A stretch of 64,000 nucleotides of DNA from an uncultured Myxococcales bacterium (GTDB taxonomy: Bacteria; Myxococcota_A; Polyangia; JAAYKL01): contig CAYWLQ010000008.1 of NCBI GenBank assembly GCA_964458775.1, positions 2,895-66,894 on the forward strand. Reading direction: 5' to 3'. The position numbers were made by a program, and so were the translations under genes. Within the stretch, counting starts at the first letter, position 1, and every line of letters starts with the position of its first letter. Below are positions 51,359 to 61,347 of the stretch, in pieces. A model generated the notes under the pieces. The model searched no databases, was not told the DNA's origin, and saw only the letters and a list, made by a program, of their open reading frames with translations.

Positions 51359-52159
51359 ATGTTGATGACTCCTCATATAGATGCTGATTCAGAAGACTTT
51401 CCGGGAGACCCCACTCCGCAGCCTCCGTTTGGATTTATAGATACCGTTCGATCTGCAGCCATATGGTCGATCGGATTGCCTCATTTGGCATCCTGGGTAA
51501 TAGCGGTCAAAGCCATATCAAAGTACGGCGATTTTAAACAATCCGATTGGCTGCTGAAGCTTATGGCAAGGGCTGTACCGGCTGTGAGCGGTGTTTCAAT
51601 TGAGGTTATAGGAGGCAAATCTATTGATCCTAAAAAAGCCTATGTTTATGTCGTCAACCATGTCAATATTTTCGATATGTTTGCTATTTACCAGGCCGTT
51701 CCACAATATACGCGATCTCTGGAACATATAGATCATTTTTCCTGGCCCTTAATAGGAACTATTATTACAAAAGCAGGTCAGATTCCGGTGGACCCCAATG
51801 ATGCCAGGGTTACAGCCGGCGCTGTAAAAAAAGCGGTTGAAATGCTTACAAACGGGGAATCAGTAACTGTACTTCCCGAAGGTTCTCGCACTCTAGACGG
51901 AACAGTCGGCAAGTTCTATCCCGGTGCTTTCCGAATGGCAATTAAAGCAAAGGTTCCTATTATTCCTATGGCAATAAGAGGAGGTCGCGCAATTTCAAGA
52001 AGAGGTGACTGGAGAATTAGACCTGGTGTCGAACAGATTTTGATCGGGAACCCCATATCCACAGAAGGTTTAACCGTACGAGATGCTGATGAGCTTGCTT
52101 TGCAATCGAGAAAGGTAATTATAGATCTGCTTCAGCAGCGCGTTAATCCTGATGTGTAA
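51359..52159 (+). CDS. plsC: 1-acyl-sn-glycerol-3-phosphate (lysophospholipid) acyltransferase family protein
   Basis: HxxxxD-type motif (NHVNIFD), PEGSRT motif, 266 aa. Confidence 0.75.
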   Translation: MLMTPHIDADSEDFPGDPTPQPPFGFIDTVRSAAIWSIGLPHLASWVIAVKAISKYGDFKQSDWLLKLMARAVPAVSGVSIEVIGGKSIDPKKAYVYVVNHVNIFDMFAIYQAVPQYTRSLEHIDHFSWPLIGTIITKAGQIPVDPNDARVTAGAVKKAVEMLTNGESVTVLPEGSRTLDGTVGKFYPGAFRMAIKAKVPIIPMAIRGGRAISRRGDWRIRPGVEQILIGNPISTEGLTVRDADELALQSRKVIIDLLQQRVNPDV

Positions 52160-52256
52160 ACAGAACAAGTGTGCAAATAGGAAAAGGCAGAGCCTTATTT
52201 ATCCATGTTGCTAAATGGGTTTCTATTGTAGAAAGCATAGACATAAAATATTTTTG

Positions 52257-53915
52257 TTATGCCGAACAACGACAACCGGGTACGGTACCTGGAGCAAATA
52301 GGGCGTCTTCGATGAATAGTTTTAAGGTTCCGTCATTTTGAACATTGTAAATATCTCCGGACTCGCCTGCTTTACGCTCAGCGCTTATACGAACCGTGCC
52401 GTCTTTGAACTTGCGTAAATCTACTATTCCGTATTGTGAAAACGGCACTACTTTCAGCTCTTTGGTTTTTAGCTCCGCTGCCATAACAGGGAAATTGGTT
52501 TCATCGCACATATCGTTTGCTAGGTAGATTGTCAGCTCTTCAGATACTGTGCATTTTTCCCACTTCATATGCTCCGATACGGTTTGTTTACCCCGAAGGG
52601 CGACATTAATCTTTTTGGCAATATCAGAAGGTTGTTGTATTACACGACACGGTCTGGCTTCGCCGTATATTTCTGACGGAACACTCATCCACGAAACGAC
52701 ATCGTTATCAAACCCCAGGTTTTTTATTCTTTGTCTAAAACCTTTATCTTGGATGTCATGGTCAATATCTTGCAATTTCAGTCTGTTGTCCTGAAATGAG
52801 AGTACCTTTGCTTTTTCATTATCAAAGTTCTTGGTATAGCCCTTAATAAAAAAGCCTTCTCCGCTTTCGGCAGGAGCTATTTGTTTCATAACAAAAGGTA
52901 TTGACGCCGAATAGAACATTCGATTGTGAGTATCCACAAAAGTATATCGACTTTCAAACAGATGCATTGCTCCGGGACATGTGTTGTTGACAAATCGTTC
53001 TGCAATTAGAAAACGTCTTTTTGCACGTCCGTGTACAATAGCTCCTCTAAACAATCTCTGTCGATTTCCCTGTGTATCGATTTGCTCAATCCAACTGTCT
53101 TGGAAATTGCTATCTTTCCAAAAAACGCCATCGGCTTTCGCAAATAACCGCTGCCAATCGATATCTATCGATGCACGCGGAACCCCTGTTTCTCCAAGTA
53201 TGTCGAGTTCGGGAATATAAATTGTTTTGTCTTTCTTCCCTTTATATACGCTTAGGATATCCAAACGAATAGAGCGAGTCTTTTGGGGGAGGTCAAACTG
53301 AATTGATGCAAAATCTAAATGATCCTGCAAAACTGTTTCCCCCTCAGCCTCATCCACACGAATTCGAATATTCTTGACGCGTCCTGAGGCAAAAAAAGAC
53401 TTTCGCGAATCACCGTAACCCGGGAATAGACGTATACCGGTTACAGAAGCAGCCTTTGGCAACGTAATTTCAACGGTACAAACTCCGCTTGTATCAGGCA
53501 AGCATTCCGCACCGGTCAGAAGATTATCGTCTTGCAAAAACACAGCGTTTGCAGCGTCTCTTCCATGCATATGTATTCGTTCGACTAAGAGGGCATAGTT
53601 TCGAAGTCGATCATCCAAGGGAACATGGGTAGAGGCTTTCATTGCTAAAGACTGTCTCACACTGACGTTTGACGAAACCGGAACCTCTGAATCCGATACA
53701 AGCTTTATTTTTGAAGCAGATTGATCGGAATCAGAATCGGTACAGGGAGAGGAAATCGCAGCGGGTACGTTTTCTGATTGTTTAAAGGTGATGTTATCTG
53801 ATGGTGATCGGTTGCAGCCCGACGTGGTATGAATTAGGACTACGGCGATAAGAATTTGTTTTAATTTAATTGTGCAAAGATCTTTAGTTCGATTTGATTT
53901 ATCTGTCTTGTCCAT
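52257..53915 (-). CDS. Hypothetical secreted/lipoprotein (552 aa)
   Basis: N-terminal hydrophobic segment with Cys (HTTSGCN); no recognisable motifs. Confidence 0.4.
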   Translation of the reverse strand: MDKTDKSNRTKDLCTIKLKQILIAVVLIHTTSGCNRSPSDNITFKQSENVPAAISSPCTDSDSDQSASKIKLVSDSEVPVSSNVSVRQSLAMKASTHVPLDDRLRNYALLVERIHMHGRDAANAVFLQDDNLLTGAECLPDTSGVCTVEITLPKAASVTGIRLFPGYGDSRKSFFASGRVKNIRIRVDEAEGETVLQDHLDFASIQFDLPQKTRSIRLDILSVYKGKKDKTIYIPELDILGETGVPRASIDIDWQRLFAKADGVFWKDSNFQDSWIEQIDTQGNRQRLFRGAIVHGRAKRRFLIAERFVNNTCPGAMHLFESRYTFVDTHNRMFYSASIPFVMKQIAPAESGEGFFIKGYTKNFDNEKAKVLSFQDNRLKLQDIDHDIQDKGFRQRIKNLGFDNDVVSWMSVPSEIYGEARPCRVIQQPSDIAKKINVALRGKQTVSEHMKWEKCTVSEELTIYLANDMCDETNFPVMAAELKTKELKVVPFSQYGIVDLRKFKDGTVRISAERKAGESGDIYNVQNDGTLKLFIEDALFAPGTVPGCRCSA

Positions 53916-54008
53916 TAACGTATCCTTAGGATTGATCGGCCGATGTTAATTTAGACCATAAAGAAGGCAACTTTGGGAAATACCGATACAACAGTTATTT
54001 TTCACAAA

Positions 54009-54923
54009 TCACTGTTTGACACTATCAATCAACGCCTTAAAGGCCTTTTCATATTCGGATCTCATATCTGGAATTTCTGTTTCTGCCTTAACAACGAGAC
54101 TTTCGGCTTCAGCGATATAAATATCTATAGCGTTTCTCGCTTCCTCTAACTCTTGAATTCTTTTCTTTGTATCTTTCTTTTCCGGTTTGGAAAGTGCCGG
54201 ATCCGATTCTCTTGTTTTTTCGTCTTCAATGGTGCGGTCCAGGGTTTTCTTTACATTTTTTGCTTCAGACAGCATGCGGGAAATGTTTTCGTATAGAGTA
54301 GGTAGTGAAACGAAGACGATGTGAGCAGTAAGCACAATTGTATCTGCTTGGGAAGTGATCTTATCTGTGTTCTTTTTACCAAGAGCCTTTTCATTTCGTT
54401 CAATAAGCAGCGCTGTCTCGCCGGCTTCCTGAAGGTATTTCTCAAGACGCTTGTCAACGCTGTCTTTTAGTGCGTAACTGACTGCTCCGTATGTATCAAA
54501 AGAACAGTTGCACTCGGCCTTTTCTTTGGCAGAGATAACACCTCCGTTGACGCGACGAGTTATGTCATCTTTTTCTCTGTCAAAAAAGGCTTTTACCGCA
54601 ACGACCTCAGCGTTTTTTTCCGCAAATGCTTGACCGCGGCCTGTTCGATCAGCTTCGATATAAACGGATTTTAGCACTGCCGGGTCGGCACCGGGCACTT
54701 CAGCAACATAGCCTGAAAAAGCATTATCAGCCTCTTTTGCTTTGGAAATCTGTTCCTTATAGGCTGTAGTTGCTGTATTGAGAGCCCATGGATAGGCCGT
54801 AGCATAAGGCGATGAATCAGCTGAAGAAACGGTTTCCGGCACAGGTTTCTTGCTTGCGCAGGCTGCTGCGCAAAACGCAAGAATAGAATAAATTGTAATT
54901 TTTATAATTTGTTTATTTCCCAT
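54009..54923 (-). CDS. Hypothetical coiled-coil lipoprotein
   Basis: Start trimmed to Met of MGNKQIIKITIYSILAFCAAACAS (lipobox); the longer upstream extension would run through the cobalamin-riboswitch region. Confidence 0.45.
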   Translation of the reverse strand: MGNKQIIKITIYSILAFCAAACASKKPVPETVSSADSSPYATAYPWALNTATTAYKEQISKAKEADNAFSGYVAEVPGADPAVLKSVYIEADRTGRGQAFAEKNAEVVAVKAFFDREKDDITRRVNGGVISAKEKAECNCSFDTYGAVSYALKDSVDKRLEKYLQEAGETALLIERNEKALGKKNTDKITSQADTIVLTAHIVFVSLPTLYENISRMLSEAKNVKKTLDRTIEDEKTRESDPALSKPEKKDTKKRIQELEEARNAIDIYIAEAESLVVKAETEIPDMRSEYEKAFKALIDSVKQ

Positions 54924-55009
54924 AGGTTTAATCAAATCGAAAAACCGACAAATCGTCAAGAGTTCAATCAATGTTGTTTTTTGAATGTGTCTTGACTGAG
55001 AAGACAAGG

Positions 55010-55228
55010 AGGATATAGGGTGCTTCCGTGAGCGGCGATAAATCGCCTTGTTTTGAGTCCTATCGGGGCCTAACAAAAGGGAAAACGGTTGCAAGCCGTT
55101 GCGGACCCGCCGCCGTAACCGGATACAATGACCGCGAAGTGCCACTGCGACATAATCATCTCGCGGGAAGGCGCGGTCGGAGAATGACCCGGGAGCCGGA
55201 AGACCTGCTCACAAGCTTATAAGATATA
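55010..55228 (+). promoter_or_regulatory. Cobalamin (B12) riboswitch
   Basis: AAAAGGGAAAACGGTTGCAAGCCGTTGCGGACCCGCCGCCGTAACCGG core, GCCACTG, and B12-box GAGCCGGAAGACCTGC; P1 GTGAGC/GCTCAC; upstream of cobalamin-type ABC transporter genes. Confidence 0.8.
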
Positions 55229-55265
55229 CGATTCGTCCGCGGTAAAGGCGCATCGTATCTTACGG

Positions 55266-56084
55266 GTGAAAAACGGCATCCGAACAGCACAGACTGACAG
55301 AGGAATAGATATGCCGCACCCAAGAATTGTATGTATATCTCATGACGCAGTTTCGATGTTATCTGAGCTCGATGCTTTGAGTTATTTAGTGGGAAGACCT
55401 TCCGGAATTTGCGACGAAAAATTAAAAAGTGTTCCTTCTATCGGAGGATACGGTTGTCCTGACCTTGCAAAGATAACTTCCCTGTCGCCTGACTATGTTA
55501 TCGGCTATTCAGATTTTCACGCGTCGCTGATCGCTGAATTGGTTTCTAAACATATATCAACAATTGCTCTTAATCATAGCAACATCGAGGGAATATATTC
55601 GGCTTTGCGTTTGATAGGAGGCTTGGTTTCTAAATATAGAGAGGCAGAAGAACTAATTGACCGGATACAAAGTCGGGTGTCTGCTGTTGAAACAGATAAA
55701 CTCACCAATTGCCCTTCAGTGTATTTTGAGGAATGGCCGAATCCCGTTGCTTGTGCGCCTGAATGGGTTTCTCAAATGATTGAGTCGGCTGGAGGTAAAG
55801 ATATTTTTGCACAAAAAGCTAAAGAGTCAGCTTTTAAAAACCGGTTTATATGTATTGAAGAAGTTGTTCAGCAAAACCCCGACCTAATTTTTGTATCTTG
55901 GTGCGGCAAGCCTTTTATACCTGAAACCCTAATCGACAGGCCGGGCTGGAAAGATCTTAGAGCAGTAAAAAACAAATGCGTATTTGAACTGCAAGGAGAT
56001 ATTGTTCTGCAACCCGGACCGCGTTTTGTAGAAGGCTTGGAGTTTATGCATCAAATTATCAAACAAGAAACTGGGAGAATGTGA
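55266..56084 (+). CDS. BtuF/FecB-like class III substrate-binding protein lacking a signal peptide
   Basis: PRIVCISHDAVSMLSELDAL...PDYVIGYS pattern of cobalamin/siderophore SBPs; N-terminus hydrophilic (no signal/lipobox); alternative start at MPHPRIV (55311). Confidence 0.6.
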   Translation: MKNGIRTAQTDRGIDMPHPRIVCISHDAVSMLSELDALSYLVGRPSGICDEKLKSVPSIGGYGCPDLAKITSLSPDYVIGYSDFHASLIAELVSKHISTIALNHSNIEGIYSALRLIGGLVSKYREAEELIDRIQSRVSAVETDKLTNCPSVYFEEWPNPVACAPEWVSQMIESAGGKDIFAQKAKESAFKNRFICIEEVVQQNPDLIFVSWCGKPFIPETLIDRPGWKDLRAVKNKCVFELQGDIVLQPGPRFVEGLEFMHQIIKQETGRM

Positions 56085-57031
56085 TGAGCCGTAAAAACTT
56101 CTTGTTTCTTATTCTATTAGTAACAGCATCAATTGGGTCCTGCTCAATAACCGGAGACAAAGCCGCCTTAAAAGATACAACCTTCGATAACAATATGTCA
56201 GAATCAAATGATGCCAATACTCGACAAGAAGAAAAGATATCTTGCGAAAGAATAATATCTTTGGCTCCAAGTATTACCGAAACTCTTTTTGCTCTTGGCT
56301 TAGGCGACCGCGTGGTCGGCGTTACCAAATACTGCAAATATCCGAAAGAAGCGAGTTTAAAACCTATTGTGGGCGGTTATGTAGATCCGGCCATTGAGAC
56401 AATGCTAACTCTTAACCCTTCTGTGGTAATGCTGCTTCCCGAACACGAAGGCATTGCAAAGCATATAAAAACATTGGGTATTCCCACTGTTTCATTGCGT
56501 CATCACAGCACTTTGGAAATACTAGAAAGCATATCAACGATAGGAAAAATTTGCGGCACTAAAACAGAAGCTGAAAGCCTGCTGTTTAATCTCCAGGCAC
56601 AAATAGAGCTTGTAAAAAATGCAACGCGGAAGCTACCCCCGGTACGTACCATGATTACCATGGGCCGCAACATGGGCACAGAAGGTATTAACGACGTTTT
56701 TCTTGCAGGAAAAACAACCTACTACAATGACCTAATTGAAATGGCCGGCGGTGTTAATGCCTATACAGGCGAGGTTCCGGTTCCGATGGTTTCAAGAGAA
56801 GGTATTATCGGCATGAATCCGGAACTGATAGTCGACATGGTTCCCAAAACAGATCAAGAAAGTACATTGCCTGCTAGTATTGTTGCTGCTGATTGGGGCG
56901 AACTTCCTGTTGACGCAGTTAAAAACGGTCGTGTGTTCATTATAGAAGAATCATACGCAGTCGTTCCCGGACCTCGTTTTGTAGAAATCCTAAAAGATCT
57001 TGCTCGAATGATGCACGGACTGGAGTTCTAA
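56081..57031 (+). CDS. btuF: BtuF-like periplasmic cobalamin-binding lipoprotein
   Basis: Lipobox (ASIGSCS), RIISLAPSITETLFALGLGDRVVGVT signature. Confidence 0.7.
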   Translation: MMSRKNFLFLILLVTASIGSCSITGDKAALKDTTFDNNMSESNDANTRQEEKISCERIISLAPSITETLFALGLGDRVVGVTKYCKYPKEASLKPIVGGYVDPAIETMLTLNPSVVMLLPEHEGIAKHIKTLGIPTVSLRHHSTLEILESISTIGKICGTKTEAESLLFNLQAQIELVKNATRKLPPVRTMITMGRNMGTEGINDVFLAGKTTYYNDLIEMAGGVNAYTGEVPVPMVSREGIIGMNPELIVDMVPKTDQESTLPASIVAADWGELPVDAVKNGRVFIIEESYAVVPGPRFVEILKDLARMMHGLEF

Positions 57032-57033
57032 TT

Positions 57034-57825
57034 GTGACAGAAACTGCAGTAAACATTGACGGACTGTCGCATTTTTTTGGAAGTGTAAAAGTACTGAAGG
57101 ACATAACTCTTTCGGTCAAAACCGGAGAGTTTGTATCTGTTGTTGGGCGTAACGGATCGGGAAAGTCTACATTGCTTCGTTGTATAACAGGCCTTATGAG
57201 AGAAGGAAAAAGCACAGGGAGTGTCAGTCTTTTCGGCAAACATGTTTCCAAAATGTCACGATTAGAAATAGCCAAAACAGCGGCCTACGCTCCCCAATCG
57301 CTGTCCGGAACACTTCCGTTTACTGTGTTGGATTTTTTGCGGCTTTCCAGGTACCCGTACGAATCGAGTTTCGGATGGACCAAAGTTGATGACTCACCGG
57401 TGCTCGCAGCTTTATCCGAAGTCAAAATGAGAGACGCCGCAAATCGCTTAATGAGCACCTTGAGCGGAGGTGAATGCCAAAAAATAATAATAGCATCCGT
57501 CTTGGCTCAGGAAACGCCTATTGTGCTGCTTGATGAACCGTCAGCATTTTTAGATTATCGGCATGCTTCTGAGATAGGACGTACACTTAGAACGATAAAT
57601 AGGCGAAATAAGCGAACGGTTATAATGATAACTCATGACATCAATAGAGCTTTTTGCCATAGCGACAGAATAGTTGCCCTCAAAAAAGGAGAATGCATTT
57701 TTGACAGCACTCCTAATGATTTTATGAACGAAGAAGTTCTTTACAGAATATTCGAAGAACATTTTGTTTTGGCTGCCCACCCAAAAAACGGTTTGCCCAT
57801 AGCTGCACCTTTGGAAACAGAATGA
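57034..57825 (+). CDS. btuD: ABC transporter ATP-binding protein (BtuD/FecE type)
   Basis: Walker A GRNGSGKST, signature LSGGECQK, Walker B LLDEP. Confidence 0.85.
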   Translation: MTETAVNIDGLSHFFGSVKVLKDITLSVKTGEFVSVVGRNGSGKSTLLRCITGLMREGKSTGSVSLFGKHVSKMSRLEIAKTAAYAPQSLSGTLPFTVLDFLRLSRYPYESSFGWTKVDDSPVLAALSEVKMRDAANRLMSTLSGGECQKIIIASVLAQETPIVLLDEPSAFLDYRHASEIGRTLRTINRRNKRTVIMITHDINRAFCHSDRIVALKKGECIFDSTPNDFMNEEVLYRIFEEHFVLAAHPKNGLPIAAPLETE

Positions 57826-58823
57826 AGAATAGTGTTTTAATCACAATTTTTACTTGGCTTCTTGCTGCAATGCTGTGCGTTGTCGTTGTGGGTTTATTAT
57901 CAACATTGGGCGGCAACAGCGGTTTTATTATTCCGTTTTTGTCAGATATTACCGATACATCTCACAAGGTGTTTTGGCAAATAAGATTGCCTCGAAACAC
58001 AGCAGCTTTTTTGGCAGGTGCCGGCTTATCGATTTCGGGTGCTGTGTTTCAGGCGTTATTTCGCAATTCCTTGGCCACCCCATACACTTTGGGAGTAGCA
58101 AGCGGAGCAGCTTTCGGGGCTGCTTTGTATATTCAAACAGGTCTTATGTCCTTTGCCTTTTTCGGTATGGGTATAAGAGCGGCAGCAATAGCCGGAGCGC
58201 TTGTCTCCATGATTTTGGTATACGGAATTGCTAGACGAAAACAAACCCTTGAACCTGCGAAAATGCTGCTGGCAGGTGTGGCGGTTAGCTTTACCTTTTC
58301 AGGGCTAATGCTTTTTGTTCACTACCTGTCAGATTTTGCAGGTTCTTTTAGAATTGTAAGATGGATGATGGGAAGTCTTGATGTAGTCGGTTTTGATCCT
58401 GTAATTGAGCTTGCCGTTGTCCTGGCAATATGTACAGGTGTAATGCTTTTTCACGCTCGGGCATTGGACCTTTTCTGTGTGGGTGAAACTCAGGCAATGT
58501 CGCGAGGTCTCAATGTAACGCGAGTTCGAGTAGTCCTGTTCGCTGTAACTTCGATCTTGGTCGGACAAATTGTATCAATAACCGGTCCCGTCGGTTTTGT
58601 GGGAATGATGGTACCCCATGTTTGTAGGAGAATTATTTCTCCTAAACACAGAATACTTTTGCCGTCTTCATTTTTAGCAGGGGGAGTGTTTTTGTCACTG
58701 GCCGACACCTTCGCTCGAACGGTAATTGCCCCCTCTGAAATACCCGTGGGGGTAATAACTTCTCTTGTAGGCGGCCCGTTTTTTTTGGCTTTGCTAATAA
58801 AAAATGACCGATGGGAAATGTAG
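57822..58823 (+). CDS. btuC: ABC transporter permease, FecCD/BtuC family
   Basis: ~9 TM helices, conserved FecCD core; 4-nt overlap with ATPase gene. Confidence 0.85.
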   Translation: MKNSVLITIFTWLLAAMLCVVVVGLLSTLGGNSGFIIPFLSDITDTSHKVFWQIRLPRNTAAFLAGAGLSISGAVFQALFRNSLATPYTLGVASGAAFGAALYIQTGLMSFAFFGMGIRAAAIAGALVSMILVYGIARRKQTLEPAKMLLAGVAVSFTFSGLMLFVHYLSDFAGSFRIVRWMMGSLDVVGFDPVIELAVVLAICTGVMLFHARALDLFCVGETQAMSRGLNVTRVRVVLFAVTSILVGQIVSITGPVGFVGMMVPHVCRRIISPKHRILLPSSFLAGGVFLSLADTFARTVIAPSEIPVGVITSLVGGPFFLALLIKNDRWEM

Positions 58824-58836
58824 CAGTATCATATAT

Positions 58837-59799
58837 TCACGATGACCTTTGGTAGAATATAGAGTTGTCCGTATGTACTTCTATTGCGCGGTCTGTTGCA
58901 ACGAGATGTCTTAAGTAGGCCATTGTTTGTGTAAAAGCAAACCATTGAGGAAAAAACCTCGGTCTTTTTTCTGCTATATGTGTGCTTAGAGAGAACGCCG
59001 ATTGCGGAATATCGCTTAGTCTTTCAAATACCAATTGAAGCTCTTTTTGTAGATGGACTTCTATTTTTGAAGCAGAGATATGTAAACACTTTTGATGTGC
59101 ACCGTGCCCTGACAGCGGCAACATATCAGAGTAGTTTCGCAGACGTCGCAATGATACGATAAACTCTCCAAACAAATCCGGAGTATCATCACTCAACCCT
59201 CCGGATATGTAGGTTGCGCGAGGAGATATAACGCAATCACCGGTAAAGGCGATCTTAAGGTGTTCACAGACCAGACAAAGATGTCCCTCTGTATGCCCCG
59301 GCGATAGTACGGTATTAAAGGAGAGTCCCCCCAGTGATATACATTCTCCATCATTAACTGTTATGTCAGGAGTTACTGCTTCACCCAAATTTCTAAAATA
59401 ATTGTATGCAGCTAATGATGCTCTTGAGATGTCATCAGGTACACCGTGACGACGACTGAGAAGAAGACGTTCATTATCAGTCTCAGGATGCAAATAATAG
59501 TCTCTAAGACTCTCTGCGTCTGCAGCAGACATCATAACCTTTGCGCCTTGCTGTTGAAGAAAACGGGCAAGTCCTGCGTGATCTGCATGATGGTGAGTTA
59601 AAAATAACGTTTCTATATCACTAAAGCTCAAACCGAAATTATGAAGAGTCTGTGACAATATTTTTATTCCGGCTTCATCTTTGACTCCGCAATCAACCAT
59701 CGCAACTCCTTTGGAACCGCGGATAATGTATGCATTGACTGCACCGAGCATTGCGTGCATAGGAAGCGATACTGTTTCTATATAATTAGAATATGACAT
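58837..59799 (-). CDS. MBL-fold metallo-hydrolase
   Basis: THHHADHAG zinc motif; 320 aa. Confidence 0.7.
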   Translation of the reverse strand: MSYSNYIETVSLPMHAMLGAVNAYIIRGSKGVAMVDCGVKDEAGIKILSQTLHNFGLSFSDIETLFLTHHHADHAGLARFLQQQGAKVMMSAADAESLRDYYLHPETDNERLLLSRRHGVPDDISRASLAAYNYFRNLGEAVTPDITVNDGECISLGGLSFNTVLSPGHTEGHLCLVCEHLKIAFTGDCVISPRATYISGGLSDDTPDLFGEFIVSLRRLRNYSDMLPLSGHGAHQKCLHISASKIEVHLQKELQLVFERLSDIPQSAFSLSTHIAEKRPRFFPQWFAFTQTMAYLRHLVATDRAIEVHTDNSIFYQRSS

Positions 59800-59800
59800 G

Positions 59801-60781
59801 TTATTGATTTTGAGGAAGAGGTACGATTAACAGCATTTCTTTCTCGGATAAGTTTTTAATGTTTAAAAAATGTGAATATGGAATATCTGTTATTCGATAA
59901 ACAATTCGTTCTTTATCAACACCCAAAGAAATCATTTTCTCAGACAAGTCCGACGCTCTTTTCTCTGCTTTTTGCAAAGCTGACGCGGACGGCTTATTAG
60001 AAAAGGAAAGCAAAACGACAAAAGCACAGGAGTTCAATTTGCCCAGCATGTTGCGGTTTATCAGAAGATCATTCAGTTGTGTTAAAAATCCAATTTCGTA
60101 ATATGAATACACAATACCCTCTTTGTCCAAAACTGAAGAAATATCGGCTTCTATATCCGTGCGTTTTGACTTTTCAGAAAAATTCCATGCCTCCGAAATT
60201 AACCGGTAAACTGTTGCTCCAATGCGTTCTGCATATTCTTGAACCGCAGCCGGGTCTGCCGACTGCTGAGCTTGCCGTGCCGATGCTATGTCGTTCAACA
60301 CCTTGGACATTGAGTCTTCTGATATAAAACCTGTATTAATAAAAAGTTTTAACAAATCACACAAAAGCTCAGCTCTTTCTAAGATATGCTTACCGACTGA
60401 CAAACGAGCTTCTTTGACTTTTGAGTTTTTGAATCGAGCTGTGTGTTCTTCTGAAGCGGCTGCTTTCCTTTTGGTTTCTTCTACTACTGAGAGCAGGTGT
60501 TTGCGCAGTCGTTCTCGCTCTAGGAGTTGTTCTTCTTGAGAAATCGTGTTGTCAAGCAATGTCAGCTCTTTTGTTAATAACTCATATTCGCTTTGAGCCG
60601 ATTGGTAACGACTGAGCAAAGCTTGATTCTCTAAAATGCTTCGGTTCAGATCATCTTTGAGAATTTCCAGGTTTGAGTTGTTTTGTTCTTTTGCAATAGT
60701 CGTCAAAGACTGACCGCACGCCGCCTGAAACAATAAGAAAGCAGGCAACGTAAAGGAATAAATAGATGCCGAAACTCTCAA
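59801..60781 (-). CDS. Coiled-coil lipoprotein with degenerate OmpA/MotB-like C-terminal domain
   Basis: Lipobox (FQAACG); C-terminal ...FSNKPSASALQKAEKRASDLSEKMISLGVDKERIV resembles OmpA_C peptidoglycan-binding block. Confidence 0.4.
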   Translation of the reverse strand: MRVSASIYSFTLPAFLLFQAACGQSLTTIAKEQNNSNLEILKDDLNRSILENQALLSRYQSAQSEYELLTKELTLLDNTISQEEQLLERERLRKHLLSVVEETKRKAAASEEHTARFKNSKVKEARLSVGKHILERAELLCDLLKLFINTGFISEDSMSKVLNDIASARQAQQSADPAAVQEYAERIGATVYRLISEAWNFSEKSKRTDIEADISSVLDKEGIVYSYYEIGFLTQLNDLLINRNMLGKLNSCAFVVLLSFSNKPSASALQKAEKRASDLSEKMISLGVDKERIVYRITDIPYSHFLNIKNLSEKEMLLIVPLPQNQ

Positions 60782-61266
60782 GGCGCATCCCCGTTTGATA
60801 TTATCGGTTCATTAGAAGTAGGTTCTGCACCTGATGTTTCTAGATCATTTTGATTTTTAGGCGCATTCAGCTGTTCCGATTGTTCTTTTTTTGCCTTGAT
60901 TTGCAAACGTATTTCTTCTGACCGTTTTTTTAGGTTGTCTATATCAAAAGACAATCTAGCGTTTTCTATACGAATGTTGATTATCTGCAGCAACAACTCC
61001 AAAGTTTCTAAAATTCTTCCTGCATCTTTTAATCGGTATGTTGCAAGATTCATTGAACCTTCAACTATGAGACGCTCAACCGATAATATTTCTTTTTTAA
61101 CAAATTTTGAAAACGGAGAAGCTTTTAATGTTTGGAGTTCACGACTATGTTTCTCAAACGTATTTTCTCCCGGAAGTCTTATGCTCTTAGACGACACAGC
61201 TGTCTCGTCTGTTGCTCCTGTTAAAGGAATAAAACTAAGGAAAATAACGACTATTGCAGAGAACAT
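60778..61266 (-). CDS. Small secreted coiled-coil protein
   Basis: Signal peptide, helical heptads; 4-nt overlap with downstream gene. Confidence 0.4.
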   Translation of the reverse strand: MFSAIVVIFLSFIPLTGATDETAVSSKSIRLPGENTFEKHSRELQTLKASPFSKFVKKEILSVERLIVEGSMNLATYRLKDAGRILETLELLLQIINIRIENARLSFDIDNLKKRSEEIRLQIKAKKEQSEQLNAPKNQNDLETSGAEPTSNEPIISNGDAP

Positions 61267-61347
61267 ATCGGTTGAATTTTACTTTATCTGCTTGAGAGCT
61301 TGCATGCTTTTGACTCTACAAATCCGGGTGTTTTTTTTCGCGAAGCC

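Noticed and set aside
54924-55145. Longer 378-aa version of the lipoprotein ORF (54009-55145)
   Set aside because: The extension lacks a signal peptide and runs antisense through the cobalamin riboswitch. The internal Met followed by a lipobox signal is a far better start.
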